Below are positions 14,051 to 29,476 of a DNA stretch of 64,000 nt, piece by piece; positions within the stretch are counted from its first letter, which is position 1, and every line of letters starts with the position of its first letter. Made by a program: the position numbers and the translations under genes. Below the pieces are notes generated by a model. It had not been told where the DNA came from and did not search any database. It saw only the letters and a list, made by a program, of their open reading frames with translations. Origin of the DNA: Octopus sinensis (Eukaryota); assembly GCF_006345805.1 (NCBI RefSeq), contig NC_043004.1:63054001-63118000 (forward strand). The letters run 5' to 3'.

Positions 14051-15492
14051 GTAGTTAGAGGCAACCTACATAGATATCAATATCTTATGGCCTTTCAAGT
14101 CCACAAGACTATTCCATTAGGTGTATTCCATGCTTACATTTTTCATACCTTAGAATTTCTATCTAAAATAAGATGAAAAAGTCAAGAGAAAAGAGAGTGG
14201 CGAACAGGAAAATGACAGAAGTCTGAACTGACTTGCCTGTACTAAACCAAATCGAATAATCGAACCTTTATAGATACATTGTATTGATCTTGCCAACATT
14301 TATATAATCGGAATCTTGGCAGTTTTATACAACCAGGCTTAAACGTTGCAAAATATATATCATAACGATACTTAACTAATTATTCCCTTTCTGCAATGCC
14401 TTAAGACTATGTGATTTTTATTTTTATTAATCATCCCTCGGCAACGCTTCCTATACAGGTTTTATCATATCTATTCTGTATTGATATATATTAAAATTTT
14501 CCACATAATTAAAAGGTAATTGGTCAGTAATAAGAATAAAATCTTATTTTAATGAAGAGAACAATATGAAGAAAATTTTGTATTTACATTTTCAACTTTA
14601 AGTCTTCCTTTGACATTCTCTCAATCGTATCACTGTGGTTTCATGGATATTTCAAAAACTGAGATCTTGTTCAGAAGCTTTCGACTTCCCTACGTCTTCA
14701 ATTTGTTTTGAACACCTTCTGTAAATAATAAAACTTTTCAAGCACCTGTTATTTTCTCATGCTTTATCTACTCTACATTTTCACTGATATTAATAGTTTC
14801 CCTAAATTACCAACCTCTTTGACGACGAACGGTACGTTTAACATCATAGCAGTAATTCCTTCTTCGTAAATGTGATGTTTACGAAAACTTGATACGTGTA
14901 ACAATGAAGCAGGAAGGCAGTGGAACACCGTGGATGAAGCAAAATTATCGATAACACTTTTTCATGACTGCAATTGTACCGCATCGACTTTATATTCTTT
15001 TTTTTTTCATGTATCTAACTACATGTATATTATATTTAAAATCGTATTGAAGCTCAAAAATGTGAGATATCGCTAGATTTATAAGTTGTTTGAGGTTTTA
15101 CGGTGACATCAGCAATACGAGAATACATAATACAATCATGTAAAAAAAACAAAAATCGAGTGATATATAGGTGCCAAAAGTTCGGTCATACTGACTTAAG
15201 TGAGAGAGAGAGAAAAACGGTTAAATAAGAATAGTAGAGAAAAGGGGTTTGTCATAGTATCTGTGATTTTTTTTTACCTTCGCAGGAAGGAATTTTCGCT
15301 TATAACGGCGCTTTAGGGAATCAAGTGTATTTATAATGTTTTCCGTGAACGGATCTAATTTTTGATACGTTAAAGTATTAATGACCTTTCATCATTTCTG
15401 GTGGTCAAGTTTGATATTCTGCCTGGTTTACTTCCCCTTAGGGAACTGTCTTCAGGCGCTCCAGTTCGTTAATTCTCTTAAAGGGCAAAAAG

Positions 15493-15549
<57 letters not shown>

Positions 15550-15575
15550 CAACAACAACAACAACAATACTAATC

Positions 15576-15625
<50 letters not shown>

Positions 15626-16164
15626 CCAGGTTCAAAATTTCCACAAAATGAGGACAAACAAGACGAGGACAAATATCTGTATATAAGAAACATTATTATT
15701 TTTAAATTTCTCAACAAGAGACATACAGAAGCAATACTTGAAAGTTATGATTATGTGCCAATATAATATGGCAATCGCGGTTGAGATGAAAGCTACTATT
15801 GTTTAGCCACAGGAAACTTTGTCTGCAGCAGGTCGTTTAACATCTCCACCCCAGCAGAGAGCAATATATATCATAATGATCCATAACTATTTCAGTGTTA
15901 TTTCTCTTCCTCGGTAGAGAATAACCGCACAGCTGTGCATGTAATAAAGGGTACGTGTCTGAGTAGCTGAAGAGCGGATTGTATACTCAACTGAACATCA
16001 TTTTCTACAAGCACTACAATAATTTCATTCTGATAATACTTATATACCAAGGGTGATGTTTTCAAAATATTGTTGTGTGTGTATATTATTCTGATTTAAC
16101 TCGGTGCACCAAATGAAGCTACTTAGTCAACACTATCTAATATAGATATTTATATTAATTTCAG

Positions 16165-16232
16165 GGTACGGAATTTTGCTGGATTGGGCTTCTTAATTGG
16201 ATGTGAAATATTTCGTGATTTTGAGATTGCCG
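16165..16232 (+). CDS. M13 gene 1 zinc-motif exon (VRNFAGLGFLIGCEIFRDFEIA-G); HExxH replaced by CEIFR
   Basis: Acceptor attaatttcag, donor gtaaga, 68 nt, phase 2 to 1. Aligns without gaps to [22 protein letters not shown]. Confidence 0.9.
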
Positions 16233-17149
16233 GTAAGAATTGAGTGTATTTTTGTATTGTTTTAAATTGAACAGAAAGTGTGGTTAATTAAATATACTGG
16301 GAAATAAAACGGTTTTTAAAATCATACTTTCCTCGAACACTCTTTACTTTCGTTAAATAATTGTTTGTAAAAGAGACGTTGTATACTCAAATAAAAGCAA
16401 AATGATCTTATAAGGTATGTAATATCTTACAAAATAGATCTAACAGATACCAGCAATTCCTCTAGACTCATATAACAATTACTTCCCTTGCACTATGATA
16501 TATATCAAGCGTTTAGATATATGTCGAATGTAACTACAGTATCTGCAGGGAAAGAGACGAAGAGTTTAATAATTTCTTGCGGACGAAACGGTAAAGGAGT
16601 GCAATGCGAATTTAGTCGAACGTGAAGATATATGAAAGTATTGCGATAGTTTTTTAAATTATTTTTTGTTGCGATGTTTCTTTCACTGTACATCGGCATA
16701 TCAATTAAAAATCTTAAGTCTTTGATGATGAGGACTAACTAATTAACATTGCCTAACTGTATGTAACCACTAATCTCATAGGGCGGTAACATTATCTCCT
16801 TCAGGGTCCGGCTCCGGTCGGTGCTCATACGAGTGCTGGATATGATAGTGATAGCATATGCACCAGTGCAAATATTGACTAACGATGATACGTTGGTACG
16901 CTTCAAATCACCTCGCTCAAGCCATACCCACGATGCGGTATTATCGTTAACGTACTGTATATTCCTTTCTAACTGTCCGTACTTTCTCATTTATCTTCTC
17001 CTAAGTTCTTTGGTTAAACTCTTCCTTATCCATCATTTCATCTGCATTTACACCCATATTTTTCGCGGCTTCAGATACCCGGCAAGCGTTCTCTTTTCAT
17101 TCCTTATACAATGGCCTATACTAATTAGTCCTCTGCCACCATTCTTGCT

Positions 17150-18330
17150 CTTCATATACAGTCTTATTACATATGCTATAGAGTATAGCGCCCATTGCAG
17201 TGTCATCGACTTTCTCGTCTTTCTGCCCAGTGTTTATATTTCCTCCCTCATCTATCTGAGGATGGATGGACTATATCTGACCAAGGCAACATCCCAGAGA
17301 GTCATAGCAGTAATAAAAGTTTTGACATTCAGGCTGGATTTCAACACCATCTTCACCCTTTTTTGATACACCTCGCTAAACTTTACTTTATTTTCCCTGT
17401 GTAGAGTGTTATCCAGCTCCAAAACCCCTAAATATCTATACCTACTACCGTCCGGTTCACCCATGGTCTCTCCTGTTGATATCTACAATCATCGGCAGGA
17501 TGCTTTCTTCGCTCTTTTCATATTAAGTGCTGAGCATTTAGTAATCCCAAATTCGATGTCCCAACCACATTTCTGGACTGTTCTGGACAAGGAAATTATC
17601 TGCATTTTTAGATTTCCCAAACAATTTCTGGCCATCCATAAATATTAGAAGGTTCAATGATGGACATTTCTTCCTACATCGGTAACCCATCTTAACTTTC
17701 CTAAGTGTCATTGTAATGGGTATTAGTGCAATTACAAATAGAAACGGAGAAAAGGAGTCACCTTGGAAGATACCCCTTTTAATATTAACTTCTCGAAGGA
17801 ATACAATAATTGAGTACAATTTGGTTTTCCACTCCTTCATGAAAATTTGTGATGTCAGCAACAGCAAACATCAACAGGCATTCAACGATCCAAGAACGAG
17901 GCAGCTTATCATATGCCTTCTTAAAGTCATCCAAGCCATAAACATGTTTGTATGACGATTTTTACAATGTATTCAAATATTTTTTATCAATTTCCAGGTG
18001 ATCCTTGGTAGCCAGAGAACTCTTCCTACATCCTATTTGTTCCCTTGGTATTATTTCTTCCTGTACTAAGAAATTATATGTATTTGCCGCACATGTTCCA
18101 GACTATGTTTGACGTGCTATGGGACGGCAGTTTCCTACAATATTCCCCTTTCATCTATATTTCATTATAAATGTTGTCCTACCAGTCACCACCTACGCGG
18201 GGACCGTACCTTTGTGAACATTCATCCAATTGGGCTGCTAGTCTTTCATGCACCGTCTGGCATCTCTTCAGCCAAAAGCCGTGGATCCCCTCTCGTCCGT
18301 AGGCTTTCCAGTTAGGTACTTTATCCTCTT
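17150..18330 (-). mobile_element. R4/Dong-like RT relic
   Basis: IKRGIFQGDSFSPFLFVIAL, LLIFMDGQKLFGK, YRYLGVLE; frameshifted. Confidence 0.8.
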
Positions 18331-18399
18331 GTTCGTTTACCTCACCCGTGCTTATGACGATATTCCTTTGTTTCTTTCCTCCTTGTAATTCTGTCTTGA

Positions 18400-19230
18400 T
18401 AAGTCGCTTTCTTTGAGTATTTGCAATTGAGGGGCTTTTCTTGTCGTTTATCAGTCAAAATATGTACATCAGCAGTTTAGCACGGGTTTTCATGCGCTTA
18501 GCTTTTTCTTCGGTTGTTTCTTGTATGTCAAGTTTCAGAATTTGTTGTATTGGGAATTCACGTAGATATTCCTTTTCCTGTTTTGTTACTGAATATGCTG
18601 CTTGATTTTTTTCATATTTTGAGACAAGTTTTATCATCCAGCCCTCAGAGTTATTTAGGTTGGTATCTAGGCCAATTGTGGAAATCTTCATGGTTAATGC
18701 CAGTTGTAATAGTACATGGCCTCTCTCTTTTCTTGGCAGATAAAGTCTTTCTATATCTACCTTAGGGTGGTGCATTCTATGCATTGTCAACAGTTTTCAT
18801 ATTTTTCTGTCAAGATTATATATTTCAGTAACTGACAAGTTAATGATATTGAAACTGTAAGTCACGACTGGTATAGCTAAAGCATTGATCGCTTCAATCT
18901 TGTTTCTTGCATCAGCTCTGTTTTAAGTATTTCTCTCACCCTGCGATAACATTCTCTTCTGATCCTTTCCCTCATCACTAAATGCCTGGTTCTGTCCCCT
19001 TCAAGTACCCCTAGGTATTTGTAGCCCTCCACCACTTCTAACCCTTGTATGACATTCTGCTGGTCAAGATTAAGGTTAGATGATTCTGTTATTGTTCATT
19101 TAATACATATAGCTTCTGCACATTTATAGAGGTCAAATTTCATCCTGATGTCATCACTGAATTGTTTAACAATCGGTAGAAAGCCCTTGAGTTGTTGGTC
19201 AATTTTTGCAAAGAGGTTTAAAATCCATGT
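18400..19230 (-). mobile_element. Second R4/Dong-like RT C-terminal relic
   Basis: YKYLGVLE...RRVREILKTEL and MHHPKVDIERLYLPRKERG. Confidence 0.8.
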
Positions 19231-19718
19231 AAATGTAAAATTAGTATATCTAAAAGCGTTACACCCCTACATCTAGTGGATATTTATCCAATAATATCGT
19301 GGATAATTAATGAGTTGGATGGTTGCTGATGAACGAGAAAAACTCCTGCATTATTGTTGTCTACATGAAGCGTTTCATATACCAAACTGTGCAACAAAAT
19401 CAGTGCTTGCTATAATTTCTACAGAAAATATGTAGAGATAAGATTAATGAGTGATATAATAGCACTGGTAGCACATTGGAACACAGTATTGCCTTATAAA
19501 AACTATTAATATACTTCGGAGTATATCATGGTTGCATAATGAAATACTGTGTATATAGAAGTTGTTAAAATTCATGCAGTAGTCTCTGACAGAACAAAAT
19601 CTTTATCTTATGACTTGTTCTGCTAGATAGAAGTAAAATATCAAAAGCAATAGATTCGCCAGTTAACAGAAGAATCAGTAATTCACATATTTTATAATGT
19701 TATCACTCCTCATTCTAG

Positions 19719-19837
19719 GCAACAACTTCTCTATGGATTTGTGGCTGAGTGAACAATCCTACAGAAGATACCAAAAGTTGAAGAATGATTTCATTAATAA
19801 TTTCACTCAACGTCAAAATCAATCACAAACAACAAGT
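19719..19837 (+). CDS. M13 gene 1 exon (NNFSMDLWLSEQSYRRYQKLKNDFINNFTQRQNQSQTTS)
   Basis: Acceptor cctcattctag, donor gtaagt, 119 nt, phase 1 to 0; the other two frames contain stops. Resembles GRNF...DWWTQQSASNFKEQSQCMV. Confidence 0.85.
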
Positions 19838-19934
19838 GTAAGTCCTTCCAAGTGTTTATTTATTATCATTAACACAGAAAATGCATTGTTATATTCATTA
19901 TTATCATTATTATTATTATTATTATTATTATTCA

Positions 19935-20088
19935 GTAGTTTTATTTTTATAGCGTGCTTTCACTTCACTACCGAGCGCAGCTCTGTGTGCCTTGGGTATG
20001 TGCTGTGATTTGTTGTGATGCTCTGATGGTTATTGTATGGAAAGTGTTCTGCGTAGGATGTGTGCAGTGCCTAGTAGTGCAATTTTCT

Positions 20089-20090
<2 letters not shown>
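19935..20090 (-). mobile_element. R4/Dong-like 3' end, about 155 bp, inside (TTA)n
   Basis: Near-identical to 26668-26825; (TTA)n on both sides. Confidence 0.9.
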
Positions 20091-20150
<60 letters not shown>

Positions 20151-20739
20151 TTCATTACATTTACAAAAAACTGTTCGCCTAAATATTTTTTTCTGTTCTT
20201 TATTTTGTTCGTTTTCTATTTCTTTACTTTTCCCCCTTTGAGTTGTTATTCAAAATAGGAAAGCAGGATTATCTCGTATATATTTTGAATTTCTGCGCCC
20301 GTTTCACTTTACATTTTGAACTTGAAGAAGACTGACTATATGTTGAAATACAGTTGAAACTATTAAATAAGCAATCTATTACAATCGTGTTGAGTTACAC
20401 CAATCTTTATAAATTATCAAAATTCATTAGACTGAGATCACTGATTTTATGTTGTACCGAATAAGGATTAAAACGGTTCGAAATTCTGGAAATCATCGAA
20501 ACAGTCGCGTGTTATAAATTACAGCTTCTGCGGTTTATTCCTTTTCATAGTTAGATTCTTAGTACTGACGGGTCTAACTCTATGCCAGTGGACGTTATAA
20601 CATTCAAATATGTATAAAAAATGATAAATAAACATTTGCATCGGTTAAACAACTAAATCATTTTCGCGCTAAAATCAAGATATATTTTTCATTATAAATA
20701 CATACACACACATACAACATATTCTGGCTGGAGGTTTTC

Positions 20740-22000
20740 CATCAATATACGGTTGTGTGCAACACTGCCTGACGATTGATTCAATACTCCAAAATTTTTA
20801 AATGATTGAGTTTGGGAAAGCAATTCATTTCACGTAATTAAGAAGCAATTGAATAATGCTGAACAGGCGTTTTCTTCTGAAAATCGTTTCAATTATTTGC
20901 TTAAATTCCTGATGAACTCTGAGGAAAAGGACCTGAAAATTTGATTACCTAAAGAAACATTTTCGTTGAGAACATTCTGTATGAAATATGAGAAGTTATT
21001 TTTCTTTCGGGAGAATTGTTGGTCCTGAGCAGAAAATTTTCCTGAAATTTCAATACAGCCAACCATTTTGCTTCATATAGAATTTCTGATTTCCAGTCCA
21101 CACCGTTGATTATTTGTCCCTCACACCAAAAACAAACATTTTATTTTATCAACCAATTTTTTTAAAGTTGCCTTTTCTTATGACAGCTTAAGTTTACTAG
21201 TATCACAAAAACTATCCGCACATACAACAGACATAACTCCTACAATTCAAGAAAGTCAAAATACTAATCTCCAGTCAGGTCCATACGATTTTGATATTTT
21301 TACACTAGCGTACGCATTTGACCAAGTCTTTGGGAACTCTCCAGAGAACTTACTGGATCAGTAAAAAATGTGAACCCATTAAAAATGTTACCTTGAGAAT
21401 AACAGATCTGTATCTCGAAATTAAAGTTTTTTAAAAAGCAAAGAAGTCACTCACATTTTATTACCTACGTAATATGGATTACCCCTAGAAGGACGAGTAA
21501 AACTTATGACATCTCACATAAACATACAAAACAATTCTTATCACCCGAAATAGTCCATGTAAAACATGTAAAGTGTAGAATACAAACAAAACACAAATAA
21601 ATGTAAGACTTGAAAAAACACTTGCTCAAGAAAATTCATGACTCTTAGAGTATAAGACGGTTATGAATTCATCTAAGCTAAAACACTCACCGAACATTAT
21701 CTCTGTATTGGAGCTTGGACTGATTTTCTGCCCAAGAGCTAAGGATATGGATAAAGATATATTAGCTCAAGGGTTATTTCAGTTTGCCCGCTGTCACAAT
21801 GTTAAGGAATATTTTCTAAACAAATGTGTTAATGAGGAGTCAGAAAACCCCATGTTTATTGCAAATGATGATCCAATTTGGATAATTATGCTGAAACGTT
21901 CATCGCATAGCTAATAATAATTCCATCGCTATTAAAATGATGCTATTGTAATTGTAGAGGATAAAGAATGAGGATATTTCGACGTTTGAAGAGGTTTTAA
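20740..22000. mobile_element. Penelope-like relics (GIY-YIG piece on minus about 20740-21200; N-terminal piece on plus about 21560-21950)
   Basis: ISVLELGLIFCP...FAR...KEYF is typical of the Penelope ORF N-terminus; a decayed YIG region lies on the opposite strand. Confidence 0.55.
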
Positions 22001-22214
22001 GAGACAAAACTTCACACCGTTGCTATTAGGCTGGTGCATAATGCTTGCGGCTTTTTACAATAAATTATACAGCTAGAAAATTATTACAAAATAACCACCA
22101 TAGGACTACAGAATTACCTACTTCAGAAGCAAGGAAAAGCAATACAAATAACCACAAAACACGAACAAAATTTAAAAACACCTGTTTTCAATCTTTAAGG
22201 AAGCTAACAAATAT

Positions 22215-22995
22215 AAAAAGAAGCCATAGTACCTAACACCTATGAAGAATTAGAAGAAATAACGAAAGCTGTAAAACAAATGAAATCCAAACTAAAACTG
22301 GTGCAACCACGGATAATGATTAAACTAGGGCAAGAACGGTCGCTTCATGGCAAATATTAGGTTACGCTAAACAGAAAAGAAATAGACATAGCGAAAACCC
22401 GACAATGACTGTGAAACCCAGGACTCAAAGGAGGGACTGAATGATTTTTAAATGCAGCACAAGATCAAAGCCTTCCGACCACAACTCACCAAAGTAACTT
22501 AATGGAAAGACACTCAAGTAACTGCAGAATACGTGGTGATTGAGAAGAAGAATCAATCATATTGTCTCTGGTTCCTCAGTCCTGCCTAAGAGGGAATATA
22601 TTCACAGACACAAGAGGGTTGGGAAGCTATGACAACACTATGGAATAACAACAGAAGCAAGATGGTGTAGGCATGTCAGTAAAGGTCACAAAAATGAGAA
22701 AGCAACAATACTCAGGAATATGCCAATACACACAAATAGAGAAATTAAGGCCAATAGGCCGGATGAAGTTGTTAGAAATCATCTAGAAAAATATGTTTTC
22801 TTATTCATGTATTAATACCAACAGATGACAATGTTTCCCTGAAAGAAACGAAGAAACTTTCAAAATACAAAGATCTGGAAATAGAGATAACTCGAATGTG
22901 GAACCTAAAAACAGAAACAATTCCTATCATAGTAGGCGCATTAGTTATGACAAAACATTCAGACAAATACATAACAGAAACACCTGTCCTGTTAC
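22215..22995 (+). mobile_element. R4/Dong-like 3' relic, plus orientation
   Basis: MWNLKTETIPIIVGALVMTKHSDKYITETP; homologous to 32118-32900 in the opposite orientation. Confidence 0.85.
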
Positions 22996-23032
22996 TCATT
23001 CCTCCAAGGCGTAATGTTAGTAATTCACAAAT

Positions 23033-23420
23033 GGGGGGGAAAGCACTCCGTCGGTTACGACGACGAGGGTTCCGGTTGATCCGAATCAACGGAACAGCCT
23101 GCTCGTGAAATTAACGTGTAAGTGGCTGAGCACTCCACAGACACGTGCATCCTTAACGTAGTTCTCGGGGATATTCAGCGTGACACAGAGAGTGACAAGG
23201 CCGGCCCTTTGAAATACAGGTACAACAGAAACAGGAAGTAAGAGTGAGAGAAAGTTGTGGTGAAAGAGTACAGCAGGGATCACCACCATCCCCTGCCGGA
23301 GCCTCGTGGAGCTTTAGGTGTTTTCGCTCAATAAACACTCACAACGCCCGGTCTGGGAATCGAAACCGCGATCCTATGACCGCGAGTCCTCTGCCCTAAC
23401 CACTGGGCCATTGCGCCTCC
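23033..23420 (-). mobile_element. Complete tRNA-derived SINE (family 1 head, tail type B) with 11-bp TSD
   Basis: aattcacaaat at 23022-23032 and 23421-23431; A-box TGGCCCAGTGG and B-box GGTTTCGATTCC. Confidence 0.92.
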
Positions 23421-23892
23421 AATTCACAAATATATTTGAACTCGTGAAATCCTTGTACGTTCACAATATCTCCTGAGAATGTTCATTTTCAGGTATTTAT
23501 CAAAATTGCAGCAGTTTGATGTGACATGTTCAGTAAGTTCTGTCGAACCTCTGGTATTGTGTCTGATGTCATACGTGAGCTTATTGAATCTTGTCTAATT
23601 GTTCTGCTGTTTCAACCAACATAGATCTCTGTATGTATGGCACTGTTGTGATGTACACCAGATCAATATATTTGAGGGATAAAATCTTGGTAATTATTCC
23701 ATATCTCAAAATATGAAATAAACTTACCTAAGCATTGGCTTCTGTAGTGTATTCAAATATAGGTCAAAATCGTTTACAATTACTGGTTGAAAAATGATGC
23801 GTGCCTCGATAGTTGAAATGATTACAACAGGTTCACTATGGATAACCATCAATACAAGAATCCAATACTGTTGAAACTTTTTCTACTTGCAG

Positions 23893-23940
23893 GTTAATGA
23901 CATAATTGCTGATGAATTTGGGTTTAACGTAGCTTCTAAG
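23893..23940 (+). CDS. M13 gene 1 exon (VNDIIADEFGFNVASK), equivalent of GENIADNGGL
   Basis: Acceptor ttttctacttgcag, donor gtagga, 48 nt, phase 0 to 0. IAD..G pattern. Confidence 0.85.
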
Positions 23941-24853
23941 GTAGGAAGTTTTCATGATATCAAATTTATAGAATATCTGATATTTTTATCACGTAATAAT
24001 TTTATTTGTTTTATAAACTAATGTCTATAAATGTTTGACCGATTATTTCCTGTTGTGTTACAATGTTCCTACAAATCTTCGGTAATTTTAATCGCAGGAA
24101 AATCAGTGTATGAGAAGGAAGTGACGAAGATAGAAATTCAACAAACAACAGTTTTATATTTTATTGATTTTTTCCGGTGTTTTTTTCATGAAACTATTGC
24201 TCTCGAAATTAAGTTATACTAAAGCATTTTCAAATTGTCCTAATAGAGATTATAAGTGAGACATGATTAACTGGATTATATACAGAAAGGCCATTTATAA
24301 TTCATACTGGATATGGATTGTAATTCTAATTATTGCATTGCATCATCTACTGACAATTAAGAAAAGAAAAGCAAGTAAATTACTCAATTGCTTCCAAGGA
24401 TACATCTAAATATTGTGCAATTTCGGCTGCCCTTCTGACACGGATTTATTCACTTTCCATAACTGAATGCATAAATTAGTTGCCTTAAAGATTCTATAGC
24501 CGCTAGTATAAAGTTAATTTCTGATCTATTTCCTGTCTCAAATAAAAGAAAATTTACATCTCATTTTTTATTAAACAATACAATTATGTAGCAGTAATTT
24601 TAAATAACTGTAACCTAAAATATAAACGTTGCGCTTTATATTTTCTATCGAATGTCTGAAATGATATCCAGGAATATATTATATATTTATACAATTATAT
24701 CGATAAAAAGAACCACGTACATTCATTTTAATGAATTAAAATGAATACACGTGGCAAAATTAAAGGAAATAGTAACATACTTATAATAAATAAGTCTCAG
24801 TTCGATGACCGTCATTATTTTAACTTTAATGATTAATACAATGAATAAACAAT

Positions 24854-24854
<1 letters not shown>

Positions 24855-24886
<32 letters not shown>

Positions 24887-24931
24887 CTTCTTCTTCTTCT
24901 TCTTCTTCTTCTTCTTCTTCTTCTTCTTCTT

Positions 24932-24977
<46 letters not shown>

Positions 24978-24992
24978 AACTGCTACTACTAC

Positions 24993-25035
<43 letters not shown>
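24855..25035. repeat. Compound trinucleotide microsatellite (TTC)n-(TAC)n-(TAT)n
   Basis: Directly visible; successive motifs differ by one base. Confidence 0.95.
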
Positions 25036-25259
25036 AATTTTACTTCCATTTATTGCTGAATGTCTTCCCGACACCTAGAGCAGAGAAACTCGCTGTAAAC
25101 TCATCAGTTTGTTCATTTGCAAAGTGAAGTTATGTGATAGAATATAAGGGAAAAAAAGATAAAATAAGGAAGAGAAAAACGAATAAATGAAAATAAAGAA
25201 GTTAAAAAAGAGAAAAAATGAAATTAGTAAACAAAGGAAAAGGAAAGAAGGAAGGAGAA

Positions 25260-25980
25260 TTCAAAGCCTCAATGTTCTTGCCAATACGTGTGGCATACAA
25301 GCTAGAACTATCTTTTGCACTTCTTGCATGGATGGTAAACCAGGGAGAATTCCAAATAAGTTTTCACTTTCTGTTTTGATAACTCCAAGTTCCACAATCA
25401 TTGGTACTGGAACTGACTTGAGATGCCATATTCTTCGATTTCAATGAGAAATCTTTTTATTTCCTAAACCTGTTAAATTATTTTCCCGAGTCGTTATGAT
25501 CACAAAGAATGCTCATATCAACCACTATTAGAATTTATCATTTTGGTCTTTCATGACAATATCCGGTTTCTTAGATTTGATGGTTCGATCTGTATATAAG
25601 GTCCCAAAATCTCGTTACATTTATTCCACCTGGGAGTGGTGCTTATAAAATTTGTCAGTAGTTTTCATTTCATAATGATATATTAAACAGTGTAGACATT
25701 GACCGCCCCTGCCATATCTGCATTTTTACTCTACAACTGCTAAAACCTTACACCCAAAGTGGTAAACTGATTCAATATTTCGGTGCGATATCGGCACTTT
25801 CTGCCATGTCTATTTTTCATCACCCTGACTTGGCAGTTCCGAGTTAATAATCTTTGATTTTGAACTGCTATGATGAAGCTTTCACACTCTATCTTTATCT
25901 CTGAACTCCCTAGCCAATGATGAGCGCACTTCTGGTCTACTTCAGATTGTTTGTTACATATTTGCCATGAAAAAGATTTT
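25260..25980 (-). mobile_element. Old R4/Dong-like RLE relic
   Basis: RIWHLKSVPVPMIVELGVIKTESENL...EVQKIVLACMPHVLARTL*. Confidence 0.7.
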
Positions 25981-26349
25981 AGTATACAGTCACGTTGCTC
26001 TTGACACGTGTTCTTCTTTCTTTCTGTGTGTACGTGTGTGTTGTGTGACTATTATTTATGTCACTTGTAAATATTAGCATGTGAACATGAATGCATGGAC
26101 AGTTGCATGTTAAGATGATTATTCAATTTACATATTTACTGTGTAATTAGTGTGTTCTTTTCAGGTTTCCTGGACCTCTTGCGTAAGTCAAACTTAAGAA
26201 AGAATCTCCACTGTATGTTACAAAATACTTTCCGATTTTTTGTTCCTTTATTTAACAGGAGTTTTCAAATTTTTTCGCGTCTTTTTTCTGCCATTGCGTC
26301 GATGTTTTAAATCGAATTTGTTTTGTGGTAAGAGCTTCTTAGAAGCCGT

Positions 26350-27620
<1,271 letters not shown>

Positions 27621-27623
27621 ATG

Positions 27624-27723
<100 letters not shown>

Positions 27724-27746
27724 TATTATTATTATTATTATTAATG

Positions 27747-27811
<65 letters not shown>

Positions 27812-28027
27812 TATTAAGCCGGGGAACTAGGAACATCCTCCATCTTTCCATACTTTGCCTCGCATCCGGTTTTGATCGATGAATTAATTACCAATAAACA
27901 CTTGGGTCGGTATGATCGACTATTCCTCCGCAAAAAGTTTCAGGCCTTGTAGTTATAGTAGAAAGTATTATTATCATTATAATAATTATTATTATTAGTT
28001 ATCATCATTATCAACTTCATCATAACA

Positions 28028-28058
<31 letters not shown>

Positions 28059-28463
28059 ACGTCATCGCTACTATTATTATATACGCTGGATGAGCAATTC
28101 ACCATAATATGTTCAAGGGTTACAGGACTACTTCATTTATCTTGTGGCATAATAACTGAGCTCCGCAATATTTGATTGCATTTCATGCAGCTTAATAATG
28201 TATTGTACCAACAAATTAACGTTACGTGAAACTAGTCAGTGATATTTTTTTTCATTTGGTATATGTTCAGTACCTTTGATATATGTGAGGAATGCTTAAC
28301 GTTCGTATAATTCAGAAATTTGTTCATCTGAAGGATAATCGTTTACGTCATGGCCTTTCTCAGCTCAATATACGTTGAGTCGTTAATTTCTCTTCAAGTA
28401 TCTCTGAAGATAGACTTTATCCATAATGTTGAATTTATATTGATGTTGTGTTAACATTGCTAG

Positions 28464-28562
28464 GCTTTCTTGTTATGGAACTCAGAAAATATTATCGTTG
28501 ATGAAAACCTACCTGCACTGAAAATGAAGCATCTAAAAACGTTTTACTCTGTGTTTGCTCGC
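28464..28562 (+). CDS. M13 gene 1 exon (AFLLWNSENIIVDENLPALKMKHLKTFYSVFAR)
   Basis: Acceptor aacattgctag, donor gtaagt, 99 nt, phase 0 to 0. Matches AY...LPGLDLNHKQLFFLNFAQ. Confidence 0.85.
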
Positions 28563-29476
28563 GTAAGTTATCAGTTTTATTTATATAATAGTGGCATGCA
28601 TAAGTGCCCAAGGGTGTTCTTTTAGAATCTAATTAATGCTCTTCCTCTCGGTAAGAATGGGAACTGTGATATACGTTTAGTTGTACTAAATTAGGAAGGG
28701 TACAAAGGAATTTTCAATAAAATTTGGTGTGAAACGTAGACGCATTGGGTATAGTGTGCCTATATGTATACTACGTAACCGTGTACTATTTTGTTAGTGT
28801 AAGACTATAATATCAATATTACAAAACAATAATTCAATTATTTTATTCAGCTGATATCCCAGTATTGCTTGTACTCTGAATAACGTGGTTCTCATGACCG
28901 ATATTATAGCCCTTAAACAAAATATTAACCAATCATCTCCTTATGTAGTCGATAAAAAATACGTTCCTTAGTAATTGAATATTCATCCCCCACTATCGGT
29001 AGATTTTTACCTGTTTAGATTATTCTAAAGATTTTCTATATATGTACATATGGTTGATTAAATTTTGTCATTTATTTCTATGAAAATTGCTATTCCAAAC
29101 TAATTTGCATATCCAAAGTACTTTTATTTTTGTAATTTAAATATTAACACGTACATTAATTAAAATATCGGATTCGATACTACCACCGCAACAGTTACGA
29201 AATTTCTGTTATTTACCACACTGATGAATAAGACATATATGCAATTAATCCGAACTAGCAAGGATCAAAAATCATTATTAATGATTTATTTTAGCGATAT
29301 ATGATCATCGTCATTCTCATAAAGAGAATATATGCAAATCCACAGGTATATCACGGGTATTAGTGGGTTATATGTAGATGAATATCTTTGGGTGCGGCAT
29401 TAAAATAATTACAATCCATACAACGTTTGTATTAATATTTTGCTGCCTATGTATATATTATCTTTATTTTCTGCAG

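Noticed and set aside
13970-14176. IPLGVFHAYIF resembling FPAGILQPPFF
   Set aside because: No acceptor in the required phase and no donor; the true exon is 13382-13433.
15286-15326. Strong acceptor followed by EGIFAYNGALGNQV, NAFY-like
   Set aside because: Wrong order relative to the FPAG-type exon, and the donor is weak with incompatible phase.
24031-24222. ORF containing VLYFIDFFR, similar to QLFFLNFAQ
   Set aside because: Splice phases do not fit; 28464-28562 is the clear equivalent.
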